Assembly: GCA_963662315.1 (NCBI GenBank)
Contig: OY759353.1
Coordinates: 1,088,001-1,152,000 of the forward strand
Length of the DNA stretch: 64,000 bases
DNA from: Geopsychrobacteraceae bacterium
Lineage (GTDB): Bacteria; Desulfobacterota; Desulfuromonadia; Desulfuromonadales; Geopsychrobacteraceae
Direction of reading: 5' to 3'
The first letter of the stretch is position 1; each line of letters opens with the position of its first letter. The notes beneath the pieces are model-generated. The model saw only the letters and a program-made list of their open reading frames with translations. It made no database searches and was not told the origin of the DNA. Shown piece after piece: positions 9,450-19,626 of this stretch. The position numbers were made by a program, and so were the translations under genes.

Positions 9450-10727
9450 CTAGTGGACCAGCAACCCTGGTAGCCAGGTCGCCAATGAGGGGATATAGGA
9501 AACCAGCAGCAGGACAATAATATTGGTTATGATAAAAGGCATAATCGCCTTGATAACCGAACTTAGAGGCAACTCAGCAATATTAGCACAAACAAACAGA
9601 CAGACTCCAACAGGTGGCGTAGTCAGACCGATCATCAGGTTCAATACCGCAAAAGTTGCGAAATGCAGAGGATCAATGCCAACCCCCTGAGCAAGGGTCA
9701 GTAACGGCACAAACAGAATGATCAACGCCGCGATCGTTTCCATAAACATACCGACAAATAGCAGTAACAGATTAATCAGCAGGATAATCAGATATTTATT
9801 CTCAGTTATTGACAGAACCGCCTTGGCGATCATTTGTGGAATTTGTTCGGACACAAGAATCCAGCCAAACACGTTGGCAAAGCCAACAAGGACAAGAATC
9901 GCGGCAGAAGACACGGCACTGTCAACAACTATTTTCGGAATCGCCTTGACCGGCAGTTCCCGGTAAAAAAAGATGCCGACAATAACTGCGTAAATACATG
10001 CGATAATGGCTGTTTCTGTCGGAGTCATCAGTCCGCTGATCATGCCGACAATAATTAAAGCCGACATAGCCAGTGCCCAGAACGCACCGAGAAAAGAACG
10101 TCCTACAGCAGCAAACCCCTGCCATTTCTGGCGTGGAAACTTATTGCGCGAAGCAATCAGATAAGTGGTAATCAGCATAGCGACGCCAAGGAGAATTCCG
10201 GGTAAAGCACCGGCAATAAACATCTGCCCAACCGAAATCCCTGACAGCGCACCAACAATAATCATCGGCACGCTGGGGGGAATAATAGGTCCGACAGTTG
10301 ATGAGGCCGCGGTAACAGCGGCCGAGAAGTCCGCAGGGTAGCCCGCTTTTTTCATGCCAGGAATCATGACGCCACCAATTGACGCTGCATCTGCAACCGC
10401 GGTTCCGGAAATACCACCAAACAGCATCGAGGCTGCGACATTGGTAAGCCCAAGGCCACCACGGACCCAACCCACCAGACCATCGGCAAAACGGACTATT
10501 CGCTCGGTAATGCCGCCATTGTTCATCAGGTTACCTGCCAGAATAAACCCAGGAATGCACAACAGCACAAACACATCAATTCCGGCATACATCTTCTGCG
10601 GCATAACAACCAGAGGGATATGCGCCGCAATCAGGTAACAGAATGATGCGAACCCGAGGGTTACAGCAACAGGCAATCCGATGACCAGTCCGCCAACAAA
10701 AACGCCAATCAAGATAGCCAGATTCAT
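9450..10727 (-). CDS. dctM: TRAP transporter large permease
   Basis: 12-TM protein with GGISGTAVAD, IIPPS and GLTTPPVG motifs. Confidence 0.95.
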   Translation of the reverse strand: MNLAILIGVFVGGLVIGLPVAVTLGFASFCYLIAAHIPLVVMPQKMYAGIDVFVLLCIPGFILAGNLMNNGGITERIVRFADGLVGWVRGGLGLTNVAASMLFGGISGTAVADAASIGGVMIPGMKKAGYPADFSAAVTAASSTVGPIIPPSVPMIIVGALSGISVGQMFIAGALPGILLGVAMLITTYLIASRNKFPRQKWQGFAAVGRSFLGAFWALAMSALIIVGMISGLMTPTETAIIACIYAVIVGIFFYRELPVKAIPKIVVDSAVSSAAILVLVGFANVFGWILVSEQIPQMIAKAVLSITENKYLIILLINLLLLFVGMFMETIAALIILFVPLLTLAQGVGIDPLHFATFAVLNLMIGLTTPPVGVCLFVCANIAELPLSSVIKAIMPFIITNIIVLLLVSYIPSLATWLPGLLVH

Positions 10728-11248
10728 TCCGATAACTCCTGTTGATTATAGTTCGGGGAAAGCTCCATCAGTAAAGTGCTGATGCGAATTAAGGCAAAGA
10801 CAAAAAGGGAACCGAGAAGAAAGAGAACGCTGGCATGAATGTAATTCATCTGCCATCCAAGCGCGGGAGAGGTCTGAAATGCGCCGATTTCAGTAAAGCG
10901 CCAAGCCGGTTCTATTAAAGCCCCACATAAAAAGGCAATAATAACGGCTGACACCAACTTTAAAATCCATGGAATCCGACCAGGTAAAGCATCACAGATG
11001 ATATCAACATTAACAAGGTCACCGGTAAGCAATGACACCCCAACACCAAATGCCGTCAGGTACAACAGAGCAAAACGCGTTAATTCTTCAGTCCAGACCG
11101 GCGAATCAAAGAGACCGCTGCGCCCTAATACCTGAATGGTAACGGAAACGATAAGAACCCCGAAAGAGATAGCGACCAATCCTCTGGCAAGGCGGGTCAG
11201 AATTGAATTAATAAGCAAAACGAGATTTTTCACAAGGACCTCAATCAT
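10724..11248 (-). CDS. dctQ: TRAP transporter small permease
   Basis: 4-TM protein with WTEELTRF and QTSPAL; lies between dctP and dctM. Confidence 0.9.
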   Translation of the reverse strand: MIEVLVKNLVLLINSILTRLARGLVAISFGVLIVSVTIQVLGRSGLFDSPVWTEELTRFALLYLTAFGVGVSLLTGDLVNVDIICDALPGRIPWILKLVSAVIIAFLCGALIEPAWRFTEIGAFQTSPALGWQMNYIHASVLFLLGSLFVFALIRISTLLMELSPNYNQQELSE

Positions 11249-11311
11249 TGTGCAGAAATAAACTGGTTATTCAAATTTGATAGACAGGCAGATCATTCAG
11301 ACTTTTCACAC

Positions 11312-11352
11312 CTGGTGTGCCTGCTCTTTGGTAGCGAGAACAGGCACACCAG
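11312..11352 (-). other. Intra-operon stem-loop after dctP (likely mRNA-stabilising or partial terminator)
   Basis: CTGGTGTGCCTG ... CAGGCACACCAG 12-bp perfect inverted repeat immediately after the dctP stop. Confidence 0.6.
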
Positions 11353-11364
11353 CTTATTCATCAA

Positions 11365-12342
11365 TTATTCGTTGAACAATTTCTCAACAATCGGACGAAT
11401 TTCCGGCTTAACATTTGCCAAGACAGCATCTTTGGCTTTGGCAGCAAAAGCAGCGCCATCGACATCGACAAAGGTCATCCCTTTGGCTTCCAGCTCACCA
11501 ACAAGTTTCTTTTCGTCTGCAAGGAACAGTTCACGCTCATATTTTTGAGCACGTTTAGCTGCTTCCATAACATTTTTCTTATCGGCATCTGACAGTTTCT
11601 GCCAAGTCAGTTCAGACAGAGCGAGGTAAATCCAGGAGCGAACATGCTCAGTTTTATTGACGTATTTCTGAACCTCAAAAAAACTGGCAGATTTGATCAG
11701 CGCCAGTGGGTTTTCCTGAGCTCCGATGGTCCCATTCTGTAAAGAGGTAAAGACCTCTGAAAACGCCATCGGGGTTGGTTTTGCACCGAGAGCCTTCCAG
11801 ACATCAACAAACAGGGGGACGTTTGGAACACGCATTTTCAATCCATCGAGATCTGCAGGCGTCTTGATGGGACGATTGGAGGTCAAGTTACGTGGCCCAC
11901 GAGCGAAGTAGGCAATCGGGCGTACCCGTGCTTTTTCAATAATCTGGGCTTTGATCTGCTCACCAATTTCACCACCGGCAACAGCATCCATATGGTCCAG
12001 AGATTTATAAGCATAGGGAACGGCCAGCAAAGCAGCCTTTGGAGCCCAGTTTTGCAGACTTTCACCGGTGATGGTCATATCAGCAGTACCAAGCTGCATA
12101 CCATTGATAAGGTCCATCTCTTTACCAAGAGACTCATTTGGGAAAACCTTCACTTCGATCCGACCGTTGGTCAGAGCAGAGAGCTCCTCGCCAAATTTAA
12201 CGGCAGCTTTGTGCCAGATATTGTCCTCATTTGCGAGGTGCCCGAGTTTCAAAGTCATGTCAGCTGCTGCTGCGGGCAGAGTCATACATGCCACAAGCGC
12301 AATTGTGAGTAGAGCTTTTCCAAAACGATTCAGCGTTGCCAT
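11365..12342 (-). CDS. dctP: TRAP transporter substrate-binding protein
   Basis: Signal peptide; DLDGLKMRVP (conserved carboxylate-binding Arg), PTPMAFSEVFTSLQNG and QENP motifs. Confidence 0.95.
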   Translation of the reverse strand: MATLNRFGKALLTIALVACMTLPAAAADMTLKLGHLANEDNIWHKAAVKFGEELSALTNGRIEVKVFPNESLGKEMDLINGMQLGTADMTITGESLQNWAPKAALLAVPYAYKSLDHMDAVAGGEIGEQIKAQIIEKARVRPIAYFARGPRNLTSNRPIKTPADLDGLKMRVPNVPLFVDVWKALGAKPTPMAFSEVFTSLQNGTIGAQENPLALIKSASFFEVQKYVNKTEHVRSWIYLALSELTWQKLSDADKKNVMEAAKRAQKYERELFLADEKKLVGELEAKGMTFVDVDGAAFAAKAKDAVLANVKPEIRPIVEKLFNE

Positions 12343-12414
12343 ACTACCTCCATAATGCTTTACATGGTTATTGAGAATAAGACCGATCTCCCATGACCGG
12401 CCCCAGACCTACAA

Positions 12415-13122
12415 CTACAATTGAATATTACCCTGTTCTGCAAATATTTCAGGCTGTTGCTCCATAATTTTGGGAAGATCAATAAGGACTTCCTTCATAT
12501 GATCGCGGATAAACTGCTCAGCCTTATGCGCATCGTGAGCTTCTAAGGCATCAACAATCTGGACATGATGATCGATAACCCGATCCAAGGATTTATGACT
12601 CGAACTAACATAGCGGACACGGTCAAAATGCGCCTTCAGACGCCCGATGACATCCCACACCGTCCCTTTGTCAGCAAAATCTGCAAGCAGGCGGTGAAAA
12701 GCCTCGTCAAGATGAAAGAATTTTTCAATATCGATAGTGCATTGATGGCGTTGTTGATCAATAATCTCACGCAGCTGCTTGATCTGATCAGGCTGACAGG
12801 TATCTGCAAGTAACCTGACAATCTCAACCTCTATCGCTTCCCGAATAAAACGTGCGTCATTGACAGCATTGACATAAATCTTGGTAACAAACGTACCCCG
12901 CTGTGGGCGCACCTCGACCAAACCATCATTCCTGAGTTTAATAAATGCTTCACGCACAGGTTGCCGACTGACTTCCAGGGCCTTTGAAATCTCCGCTTCA
13001 GAGATTCGCATCCCAGGCGCCAGTTCCCCCTGAATAATCTTATTGCGCAGAAGTTTATAGACCTGTGGACCAACAGACCTGCCCTGCTGCAAAAAAGAAC
13101 TATGGCATAAATTGTTTAGCAC
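12415..13122 (-). CDS. GntR family regulator with FCD domain (RspR/YdfH-like)
   Basis: wHTH SEAEIS...VSRQPVREAF...VRPQRGT and C-terminal DEAFH; GTG start at 13122 after AGGAGGAGG. Confidence 0.9.
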   Translation of the reverse strand: MLNNLCHSSFLQQGRSVGPQVYKLLRNKIIQGELAPGMRISEAEISKALEVSRQPVREAFIKLRNDGLVEVRPQRGTFVTKIYVNAVNDARFIREAIEVEIVRLLADTCQPDQIKQLREIIDQQRHQCTIDIEKFFHLDEAFHRLLADFADKGTVWDVIGRLKAHFDRVRYVSSSHKSLDRVIDHHVQIVDALEAHDAHKAEQFIRDHMKEVLIDLPKIMEQQPEIFAEQGNIQL

Positions 13123-13141
13123 TTGACCTCCTCCTGACTTG

Positions 13142-13170
13142 GTTATATAACATACTACCATACTAGTCAA
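13142..13170 (-). promoter_or_regulatory. Sigma70 promoter of the gntR-TRAP operon overlapped by a tandem CATACTA repeat (putative GntR operator)
   Basis: Minus strand TTGACT-N17-TATAAC; plus strand CATACTAC-CATACTAG at 13151-13166. Confidence 0.7.
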
Positions 13171-13410
13171 CAGATATTCTCAATATCTGGAGCCCATATA
13201 TTTACCACAACTGAGTGGGACATTCTATTTAGATATTCGCATGAAGTTGTTGATATCATTAGCCTTCTTTCTTAACAGAATCGCCATCTATAAAACGTGG
13301 TATGACAGGAATACTGATTATCACTAAAGGCACGATTGTTATTAATTATTCAAAATAGGTAGCAGCATGATCAAAAACCGTTCACTAAATATATATGATG
13401 AGGTAGCCCT

Positions 13411-14628
13411 ATGAGACAGACATGGCGTTGGTTCGGACCTGCCGACAGAACATCGATTGATGACATTTTACAGGCTGGAGTTGAGGGGGTGGTCTCTGCC
13501 CTTCATCACATTCCACCAGGAGTTGTCTGGACCAAAGAAGAGATTATAAAGCGTCAAAAAGAGATCGGGACAAAAGGTGACGGAACTCCATCCGGCCTGG
13601 CCTGGGAAGTCGTTGAAAGTTTGCCCGTATCTGAGGATATCAAGAAACAGCAAGGTCCATGGCGTGAACATATTGAAAATTATAAAACCAGCATGAATAA
13701 TCTTGCTGAGCAAGGCATTGAGGTCATCTGTTACAATTTCATGCCGGTGCTGGACTGGACCCGAACCGACCTGAAATGGAAAATGGCACACGGCGGTACC
13801 ACAATGCGCTTCGACCTTATCGACTTCGCTGCCTTTGATATTCATATACTGAAACGTGAAGGCGCTGCCGAGGAATTCCCCAAGGAGATTGTCTCTCTGG
13901 CACAAGAACGCCATGAACAGATGTCTGAGGACCGCCGCCAGCAAATTACTGAAAATGTTGCTTGTGGCCTTCCTGGAGCAGCAGAGAAATTGACCATCGA
14001 AGACGTCAGAAGACTCTTGGCCGAGTACAACCGTATCAGCCCTGAACAATTGCGCCAGAATTTTATCGATTTTCTCAATGAAGTTGCTCCTTATGCTGAA
14101 AAACTCGGCATGAGATTATGCTGTCATCCAGACGATCCACCATTCCCACTTCTTGGTCTACCGCGCATCTGTTCAACAGAGGCAGACTACAAAGCTCTAC
14201 TTGATGCCGTTGACGTTCCTGCTAATGGTATTGCCTTGTGTACCGGATCGCTTGGTGCTCGTCCTGACAATGATCTGCCGGGCATGATTGATCGCCTTGG
14301 CGATCGCGTCCATTTTATTCATTTACGCAACGTTAAGCGCGAAACCCCCGGAATTCCTGCGTCCTTCCACGAAGACGAACATCTTGCGGGTGACACTGAC
14401 ATGGTTGCTCTGGTAAAATCGATCGTTCGTCAGGAAGCCAAACGCAAAGCCAGCGGACGCAAAGATATTGAAATTCCAATTCGCCCCGACCATGGGATGG
14501 ACATCCTTGATGATCTCAAACGCAGTGGTCAACCGGGATATCCATCTATCGGCCGTCTCAAAGGACTTGCAGAACTGCGTGGGCTCATTACTGCACTTAC
14601 CCATCCTTCGGTTATAGAAAAGATCTAA
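13411..14628 (+). CDS. uxuA: Mannonate dehydratase
   Basis: MRQTWRWFG, VVESLPV, CYNFMPVLDWTRT, HPDDPP, RPDHG and PGY..IGRLKGLAE motifs. Confidence 0.97.
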   Translation: MRQTWRWFGPADRTSIDDILQAGVEGVVSALHHIPPGVVWTKEEIIKRQKEIGTKGDGTPSGLAWEVVESLPVSEDIKKQQGPWREHIENYKTSMNNLAEQGIEVICYNFMPVLDWTRTDLKWKMAHGGTTMRFDLIDFAAFDIHILKREGAAEEFPKEIVSLAQERHEQMSEDRRQQITENVACGLPGAAEKLTIEDVRRLLAEYNRISPEQLRQNFIDFLNEVAPYAEKLGMRLCCHPDDPPFPLLGLPRICSTEADYKALLDAVDVPANGIALCTGSLGARPDNDLPGMIDRLGDRVHFIHLRNVKRETPGIPASFHEDEHLAGDTDMVALVKSIVRQEAKRKASGRKDIEIPIRPDHGMDILDDLKRSGQPGYPSIGRLKGLAELRGLITALTHPSVIEKI

Positions 14629-14640
14629 AAAGGGACAAAC

Positions 14641-16104
14641 ATGAACAGACTCAACGACAACAGCAAGCTCCCCGAATCAGTTCTGACCCCGGGTTATCAA
14701 CCTGAGAACCACGGTGTTGGCATTGTCCATATCGGCATCGGCGCATTCCACCGTGGTCATATGGCCGTGTATACTGATGATGTCATGGCCCAGGATGGTG
14801 GAGACTGGCGAATAACCGGTGTCAGCCTGCGTAGCCCTGGCGTCCGGGATCGTCTGAATCCTCAGCATGGATGCTACACACTGGTCGAGCGCAGTGGCGC
14901 CGGAGAGAAACTTAGAATTATCGCCAGTGTGAAAAATGTTCTTGTGGCGCCGGAAGATCCAGCTGCCGTCATTGAGTGTCTGAGTCGACCAGAAACCAAA
15001 ATTGTTTCAGCAACTATTACGGAAAAAGGCTATCTGCGCGATCCGGCCAGTGGTGCATTGCTGGCCGATCATCCTGATATTGTCCACGATCTGCAGAATC
15101 CTAAGAGCCCTAAAACGATTCATGGTTTTCTGGTTGCTGCATTGGCACAGATCAAACAGGCCGGTACAACGCCTTTCACCCCTTTGTGCTGCGACAATCT
15201 TGCCGCCAATGGGTCATCGCTACAACGTGTTGTCATCGAATTTGCCAATCTAAGGGACAAAGATCTTGGACAATGGATTGCTGACAATGTGGTTTTCCCA
15301 GACACCATGGTTGACCGCATCGTACCCGCCACAACGCAGGCCGATATTGACGCTGTAGCAGAAAAACTTGGTTACCTTGATGAAGCACCTGTTCTGTGTG
15401 AACCATTCAGCCAATGGGTGATAGCTAACACCCTGCCCCAGCCACGACCGGCATGGGAAAAATTTGGTGTTACTTTTGTCGATGATGTAGCGCCATTTGA
15501 GGAGATGAAATTGCGTTTGCTGAATGCTTCTCATTCAGCAATGGCCTATCTTGGTTACCTTGGTGGTCACGAGTATATTCACCAAGTTGTCGGAGACCCG
15601 GTATTCTTGTATTATGTGCGCACGATGATGAGTGAGGAAATGATCCCCACCCTGCATATGCCAGAGAATGTTGATCTGGAAGCTTACTGCAACAGCCTTA
15701 TAGAACGCTTCAGCAATCCAACTCTGTGGCATAAAACATCACAGATCGCCATGGACGGTTCCCTTAAAATTCCATTGCGCTTACTCAATACCGTACGAGA
15801 CCGGATTGCCAATGGTAAACCTTACCCACGAGTTGCAACAGCGATTGCCGGGTGGCTGCGCTATATTACAGGTTGGGATGAAAAGGGTAATACCATTTGT
15901 GTCAGCGACCCGTTCGCCGAGCGCTTAAAAGAGATTGCTGATAATTTCCATGATGATATTCCGGGCTATGTGAATGCCATCGTTTCACTCGAAGACATTT
16001 TCGGAACGGACTTGCCCGTGAATAACAGATTTAAAGCAACCATCAGTGAAGCCCTGCAAAACCTTTACCACTGCGGTACCAAAGAGACGTTAAAACAGTT
16101 ATAG
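14641..16104 (+). CDS. uxuB: D-mannonate oxidoreductase / fructuronate reductase (mannitol dehydrogenase family)
   Basis: GIVHIGIGAFHRGH, TITEKGY, CDN, MVDRIVP, KLRLLNASHS, RFSNP and QIAMDGS motifs; adjacent to uxuA. Confidence 0.9.
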   Translation: MNRLNDNSKLPESVLTPGYQPENHGVGIVHIGIGAFHRGHMAVYTDDVMAQDGGDWRITGVSLRSPGVRDRLNPQHGCYTLVERSGAGEKLRIIASVKNVLVAPEDPAAVIECLSRPETKIVSATITEKGYLRDPASGALLADHPDIVHDLQNPKSPKTIHGFLVAALAQIKQAGTTPFTPLCCDNLAANGSSLQRVVIEFANLRDKDLGQWIADNVVFPDTMVDRIVPATTQADIDAVAEKLGYLDEAPVLCEPFSQWVIANTLPQPRPAWEKFGVTFVDDVAPFEEMKLRLLNASHSAMAYLGYLGGHEYIHQVVGDPVFLYYVRTMMSEEMIPTLHMPENVDLEAYCNSLIERFSNPTLWHKTSQIAMDGSLKIPLRLLNTVRDRIANGKPYPRVATAIAGWLRYITGWDEKGNTICVSDPFAERLKEIADNFHDDIPGYVNAIVSLEDIFGTDLPVNNRFKATISEALQNLYHCGTKETLKQL

Positions 16105-16113
16105 CTCCTTTTT

Positions 16114-16150
16114 CTCCGGCATGTCCCAACTATGACGTGCCGGAGTTTTT
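16114..16150 (+). terminator. Rho-independent terminator of uxuAB
   Basis: CTCCGGCATGTC...GACGTGCCGGAG stem followed by TTTTT. Confidence 0.75.
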
Positions 16151-16291
16151 GTCTCGTTCCTGCCTGATTTCCCAGCCGCATAACTGGAAAATATCCAGTT
16201 TTCTGTTATTTTTTACAGTATAGACAAGCATCCTCCCCAAGATGACTCCGTTGTTTAATCTCCAAAGCCAATTTGCGACAGGAGGCCGCCA

Positions 16292-17404
16292 ATGGAAGAT
16301 ATCTTCAGGTTCTACGATGATTTCGGTCCTGCCAAAATAGTTCATATCTATCAACCGACTCTGCCGTTGAAAGCGGTCCTGGTCATCGACAACATCGCTG
16401 CTGGTCCAGCCATAGGTGGCATTCGCATGGCCCCTGACGTCAGCACCGAAGAATGTTTTCGCCTGGCAAGGTCAATGACCTTGAAAAATGCGGCGGCGGA
16501 ACTTTCCCATGGCGGTGGGAAAGCGGTGATTTATGGTAATCCGAAAATGCCAAAAGACCAAAAGGAACAGATCATTCGTTGCCTTGCCGTAGCCCTGCGC
16601 GATCTAGAAGAGTACATCCCCGGACCGGATATGGGGACGGATGAAGAATGTATGGCCTGGATCAAGGATGAAATCAACCGGGTTGTCGGTTTGCCACGCA
16701 CTACCGGAGGTATTCCCCTGGATGAAATCGGCGCAACGGGCTGGGGCGTCCATCACTGTACCGAAATTGCCTGTGAATTCTGCAATCTCGATCTGGCCGG
16801 CGCGCGCGTCGTTATTCAAGGGTTTGGTGCAGTCGGTAAACACACCGCGCGCTATCTTGCCGATAAGGGCGCCATCCTGGTTGGCACCAATGATTCCTTG
16901 GGTTCGGTCTACAATAAGAACGGACTGGATATTGCCAAACTGATAAACATCAAACAAGGTGGCGGAAGTGTTGCTGATTATGCTGACGGGATAAAAGCTG
17001 ACCGGGAAAAAGTCATCGATATGGAGTGCGATATCTGGATCCCTGCCGCACGCCCTGATGTCATTAATGTCTCCAACGTCGAGCGGCTGCGCACCCGCCT
17101 GATCATTCAGGGGGCAAATATCCCGATCACCTTGGCAGCTGAAAAAATCCTGCATCATCGAAAAATCCTCTGTGTCCCCGATTTCATTGCCAATGCCGGT
17201 GGGGTCATCTGTGCAGCAGTTGAGTACAAAGGAGGGACAGAACAACAAGCCTTAAATGTTATTACCGAAAAATTGCGCAGAAATACCCGTCTGGTTCTTG
17301 AAACTGCGCAGCATGAGAATTTACTACCACGTGAAGCTGCGACCCGCATGGCCTATAGCAGGATTAGCAAAGCAGCAGGGTTTAAACGGTGGGGAATTTT
17401 TTAA
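16292..17404 (+). CDS. Glu/Leu/Phe/Val amino-acid dehydrogenase
   Basis: GGIRM, MTLKN, GGGK, PGPDMGT, QGFGAVG, GAN and PDFIANAGGV motifs. Confidence 0.92.
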   Translation: MEDIFRFYDDFGPAKIVHIYQPTLPLKAVLVIDNIAAGPAIGGIRMAPDVSTEECFRLARSMTLKNAAAELSHGGGKAVIYGNPKMPKDQKEQIIRCLAVALRDLEEYIPGPDMGTDEECMAWIKDEINRVVGLPRTTGGIPLDEIGATGWGVHHCTEIACEFCNLDLAGARVVIQGFGAVGKHTARYLADKGAILVGTNDSLGSVYNKNGLDIAKLINIKQGGGSVADYADGIKADREKVIDMECDIWIPAARPDVINVSNVERLRTRLIIQGANIPITLAAEKILHHRKILCVPDFIANAGGVICAAVEYKGGTEQQALNVITEKLRRNTRLVLETAQHENLLPREAATRMAYSRISKAAGFKRWGIF

Positions 17405-17449
17405 GTATCTTTGACCTACCCAGAGAACAGATGTTGACGGGAGGACACT

Positions 17450-18385
17450 ATGTACCGGATACGCTTTCACGGCCGTGGCGGACAGGGACTGAAAACCGCC
17501 AGTCGCATTCTTGGTTCCGCTTTGTTTCAATGCGGATTTGATATCCAGGATGCGCCAAGATATGGTGCGGAGCGGCGCGGAGCTCCTATTTTTGCCTATG
17601 TCCGCGCTGACCGCAGGACCATCAATGAACGCGGTATTATCACCAATCCCGACCTCATCGTTGTGGCCGACGCAACCCTCATTCCGATTCCTGCCGTCAA
17701 CATTACGCAAGGCGCAAGCTCACACACCATAATGCTTATTATAAGTGGTGAAGAACCTGAGATTTGGCAACAGCGCTTAAAATACAGTGGCTCGATCATA
17801 ACCCTGAAGACTGAGGCTTTTTACCATCAACCAGAACAGCACCGCTATACCGGCATCATCAGTACAGCAGGAGCAGCGGCGCTTATTCCAGAAGTCTGTT
17901 GGCAACACCTTGAGCACGCTATACGGCTCGAACTCAAAGAGTTGGGAAATCTCATTATTGACCAGAACATCGAATATGCAAAACAAGCCTACGCCCAAAT
18001 GGCCCCAAAGACAAAAGTCATACAGGGTAAACCCTTATCAGTGGCAGAAACAGAGCCTGTACATTGGGTGTCCCTCCCCTTTGCCCCGGCTCGGATTTCT
18101 GCTCCCGCCATCCACGCCGGGTTAACAAGCGTAGCAGTACGCACGGGTTTATGGCGTACCAGAAGGCCGGTCATCGACACAGCCTTATGCCACCGTTGCT
18201 GGTGGATTTGCAGTACCTATTGTCCTGATGGAGCGATTGAAGTCAGCACGGACAAACGTCCACACATCGATTATGCCCATTGCAAAGGATGCATGGTCTG
18301 TGTGTCCCAATGCCCCCATCACGCTATTGCTGAGCTTCCTGAGAAGGAGTTCACATCTCAGCAGCAGAAAGGAGCGCCACAATGA
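17450..18385 (+). CDS. 2-oxoacid:ferredoxin oxidoreductase gamma subunit fused to delta (2x[4Fe-4S]) subunit
   Basis: IRFHGRGGQG and YGAERRGAP (gamma); TGLWR, CHRCWWIC...CP and CKGCMVCVSQCP (delta). Confidence 0.9.
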   Translation: MYRIRFHGRGGQGLKTASRILGSALFQCGFDIQDAPRYGAERRGAPIFAYVRADRRTINERGIITNPDLIVVADATLIPIPAVNITQGASSHTIMLIISGEEPEIWQQRLKYSGSIITLKTEAFYHQPEQHRYTGIISTAGAAALIPEVCWQHLEHAIRLELKELGNLIIDQNIEYAKQAYAQMAPKTKVIQGKPLSVAETEPVHWVSLPFAPARISAPAIHAGLTSVAVRTGLWRTRRPVIDTALCHRCWWICSTYCPDGAIEVSTDKRPHIDYAHCKGCMVCVSQCPHHAIAELPEKEFTSQQQKGAPQ

Positions 18386-19626
18386 CTCGAATCCTTCTGA
18401 CCGGCAATGGCGCTGCGGCTTGGGGGGCAAGACTGGCAGGCTGCGAATATCTTCCGGCGTTTCCGATTACACCGCAGACCGAAATTATCGAAACCCTGTC
18501 CCGTTGGATCGAAAGCCAACAGGTCGACTGCCGCATGGTCACCATGGACTCAGAACATTCCATGATCGCGGCAGCCGGTGCCGCAGCCATCACCGGTGTC
18601 AGGGTTTTTACAGCCACCTCAAGCCAGGGGCTGCTATATGCCATGGAAATGCTCTATACCGTCGCAGGCTGGCGCGCCCCCTTTGTATTGGTCAACGTAT
18701 CCCGCGGCCTGGCGACTCCCATCACCCTTGAACCTGACCATAATGACATTTTTTCCGCTCGCGACAGTGGCTGCCTGCAGTTGCATTGCAGCACCTGCCA
18801 GGAAGTCATCGACTGTCTGCTGATCGCCTATCGCCTGGCTGAGGACTGGCGTGTCCGGCTGCCGGTCATTGTCAACCTGGACGGCTTTTATCTTTCTTTC
18901 ACACGCGAACCGGTCACCCTACCTGATGCGGACAAAATCCATCATTTTCTCGCCCCCTATTCCCCTGAAAACCTTGGTTTCAAGGCTGATTCACCCTTAA
19001 GCGAGGCGGTCGCTGTGTTGAACGGCTCAGCCTACTCGTATTTCAGGTACCAGGTCCATCTGGCTGCACAACAGGCTGAACAGGTCTTTATCGAAAGTGC
19101 GTCCACCTTTGCAAAGTTTTTTGGCCGCCATTACTCAGCGATAGAGAGCTATCAGGTTCACGATGCTGATTATGTCTTTGTTATGGTCGGATCCTTCGCC
19201 ACCAAAGCAAAGGAAGCCGTTGACAGACTACGCGAGTCCGGCAAAAAAATCGGACTGTTACGTCCGCTGCTGCTCAGACCATTTCCTCAAGAGCAACTCA
19301 GACATCTGCTTAGCGATAAAAAGGCGATTATCATCGTTGACCAAAATCTGGCACCAGGTCGAGGCGGGGTTCTGCACACGGAAGTTTCGGCCTGTCTTTA
19401 TGGTGCGTCCGGCACCAAGATACCTGTATTAAGTTATATCGGTGGTCTGGGCGGCAGAGATATCGCAATAGCTGAATTTTTTGCCATGTATAAAGACACT
19501 GAAAACGCCCTGCAACAAGGCGTCGTCCCACCACCACGTTTGCTCTTTACTGAAACTGAGCTTCAGGACATGAAGAAAATGCAGCTGCTGAGCAATCTTC
19601 AGCCTAAAGACAAGGAGGCTTCATGA
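18382..19626 (+). CDS. 2-oxoacid:ferredoxin oxidoreductase alpha subunit
   Basis: FPITPQT, SEHS, TATSSQGL, DGFYLS and GLGGRD motifs; ATGA overlap with the previous gene. Confidence 0.92.
   Translation: MTRILLTGNGAAAWGARLAGCEYLPAFPITPQTEIIETLSRWIESQQVDCRMVTMDSEHSMIAAAGAAAITGVRVFTATSSQGLLYAMEMLYTVAGWRAPFVLVNVSRGLATPITLEPDHNDIFSARDSGCLQLHCSTCQEVIDCLLIAYRLAEDWRVRLPVIVNLDGFYLSFTREPVTLPDADKIHHFLAPYSPENLGFKADSPLSEAVAVLNGSAYSYFRYQVHLAAQQAEQVFIESASTFAKFFGRHYSAIESYQVHDADYVFVMVGSFATKAKEAVDRLRESGKKIGLLRPLLLRPFPQEQLRHLLSDKKAIIIVDQNLAPGRGGVLHTEVSACLYGASGTKIPVLSYIGGLGGRDIAIAEFFAMYKDTENALQQGVVPPPRLLFTETELQDMKKMQLLSNLQPKDKEAS

Noticed and set aside
16604..17248. Long antisense ORFs (also 4110-4865, 13468-14049, 8547-9071)
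   Set aside because: Shadow frames of well-conserved genes, with no motifs or RBS
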